A stretch of DNA of 24,000 nt from Vibrio sp. Of14-4. Lineage in GTDB: Bacteria > Pseudomonadota > Gammaproteobacteria > Enterobacterales > Vibrionaceae. The stretch covers positions 132,561 through 156,560 of the forward strand of contig NZ_JAKRGI010000002.1 of the NCBI RefSeq assembly GCF_022347625.1. Reading direction: 5' to 3'. The notes below the pieces were generated by a model that saw only the letters and a program-made list of their open reading frames with translations, was not told where the DNA came from and made no database searches. The number at the start of each line of letters is the position of its first letter. The stretch's first letter is position 1. This document shows positions 23,085-24,000 of this stretch, piece after piece. A program made the translations under genes and the position numbers.

Positions 23085-23690
23085 TACGGTTAATAAGTGG
23101 TTGCCGTGGGAAACTTTGGCTTTTAAGTAATGTTCATTGCCGTCTTTGATGTGTGCTGAAGTATTGACGACTTCCACAATTTCAATGCCATAAGCTGAAA
23201 GCTCGTTAATTTTTTTAGGGTTGTTCGTAACTAGCCTCACCTTGGTAACACCTAACGCTTTAAGCATTTGTGCCGCTTCTGTGAAATCACGAAGATCATC
23301 ATCAAATCCTAAATGATTATTTGCTTCATAGGTGTTCATACCTTGACTCTGAAGTCGATACGCATCAATTTTGTTGTATAAACCAATACCACGCCCTTCC
23401 TGTCGCAGATACAAAATAATGCCCCCAGATTCCCCCATTCGATTTATCGTTTCTTCAAGCTGTTCTCCACAGTCACAACGCGAAGAGTGGAATACATCGC
23501 CAGTTAAACATTCAGAATGCATGCGCACCAGAGGCACATCTGACGTTTTGTCCGCTTGTTTAAATATGACGGCTACATGTTCTTTTTCTGTCTTAAGACC
23601 ATGAAAAGATACTATTTCCGCATCGATATTACTTTTAAGCCCAACTTTAAAGTCTACTCGTGTACGTACATCTGACATATCTATACTCAC
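23082..23690 (-). CDS. ribA: GTP cyclohydrolase II (riboflavin biosynthesis)
   Basis: 202 aa. [25 protein letters not shown] (zinc-binding Cys cluster), [30 protein letters not shown] and [10 protein letters not shown] are colinear with E. coli RibA. AAGGTGAG SD upstream. Confidence 0.92.
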   Translation of the reverse strand: MSIDMSDVRTRVDFKVGLKSNIDAEIVSFHGLKTEKEHVAVIFKQADKTSDVPLVRMHSECLTGDVFHSSRCDCGEQLEETINRMGESGGIILYLRQEGRGIGLYNKIDAYRLQSQGMNTYEANNHLGFDDDLRDFTEAAQMLKALGVTKVRLVTNNPKKINELSAYGIEIVEVVNTSAHIKDGNEHYLKAKVSHGNHLLTV

Positions 23691-24000
23691 CTTAATTATT
23701 AACTATACCTAGCTTCCACATCCAAGAATTAAAGATTAACACCAGTGATGTGATAACATAACTAATTACAACTTACTTTATTAGACTAGATGAATATCAA
23801 ACCTGTATCAAATTTGTTTCATACATAGTTTATACTATTTTGTTTTGAATCAATATAACTATGAAAAGTAATCTATTTTTCTAATTGACCATAACTAAGC
23901 GACTAAACTTAATGTTTAAACTGCTCCGAATGGTTGCTGCAACTACCACATGAATAAAATATGTGATCACATCCTTAAACTCTCTTTAAGTTCAGTTCTG

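Noticed and set aside
23691-24000. Looked for an FMN (RFN) riboswitch upstream of ribA on the minus strand.
   Set aside because: The 310-bp leader is very AT-rich. It lacks the conserved GC-rich RFN core segments (for example the GGGCAGGGTGAAATTCCC-like and CCGACGGT-like blocks) and any multi-stem structure I could fold by eye.
23950-24000. An ATG-initiated frame (MNKICDHILKLSLSSVL...) running off the right edge, overlapping a 12-bp perfect palindrome ATGTGATCACAT (23961-23972).
   Set aside because: Only 17 codons are visible, with no SD, so a CDS cannot be supported. The palindrome resembles two CRP half-sites (TGTGA/TCACA) but has no 6-bp spacer, so it is not a CRP site. It is too short to interpret.

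Overview
The window looks like chromosomal DNA from a marine gammaproteobacterium, probably Vibrionaceae-like (about 40-45% GC by eye). All calls rest on motif recognition only; no searches were run.

Gene order, left to right:
- Edge of a Tad/Flp pilus locus: an flp pilin preceded by an 856-aa DUF1566-type lipoprotein (minus strand).
- A divergent 710-aa lipoprotein gene (plus strand).
- nfsA nitroreductase.
- An SgrR-family regulator, with an unannotated divergent 41-codon sORF/sRNA candidate upstream.
- An orphan membrane/coiled-coil protein.
- A VOC/glyoxalase-fold protein.
- The main system (9870-23013), described below.
- ribA, convergent with the end of the main system.

The main system has two parts that share a 259-bp divergent promoter region.
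- A tightly coupled six-gene minus-strand operon encodes a stressosome module: RsbR with three tandem PAS domains, RsbS, RsbT and RsbX. It is followed by a cytoplasmic hybrid histidine kinase (HisKA-HATPase-REC-REC-Hpt) and a REC/HD-GYP c-di-GMP phosphodiesterase.
- The plus-strand operon is lapC-lapG-lapD-lapB: a type I secretion adaptor and ABC exporter plus the LapD/LapG c-di-GMP-gated adhesin-release switch.

I infer a stress/PAS signal -> phosphorelay -> c-di-GMP hydrolysis -> LapD/LapG adhesin-release circuit. The kinase also carries an N-terminal domain that looks like a degenerate copy of RsbT.

I saw no rRNA, tRNA, CRISPR, IS element, integron attC site or riboswitch.
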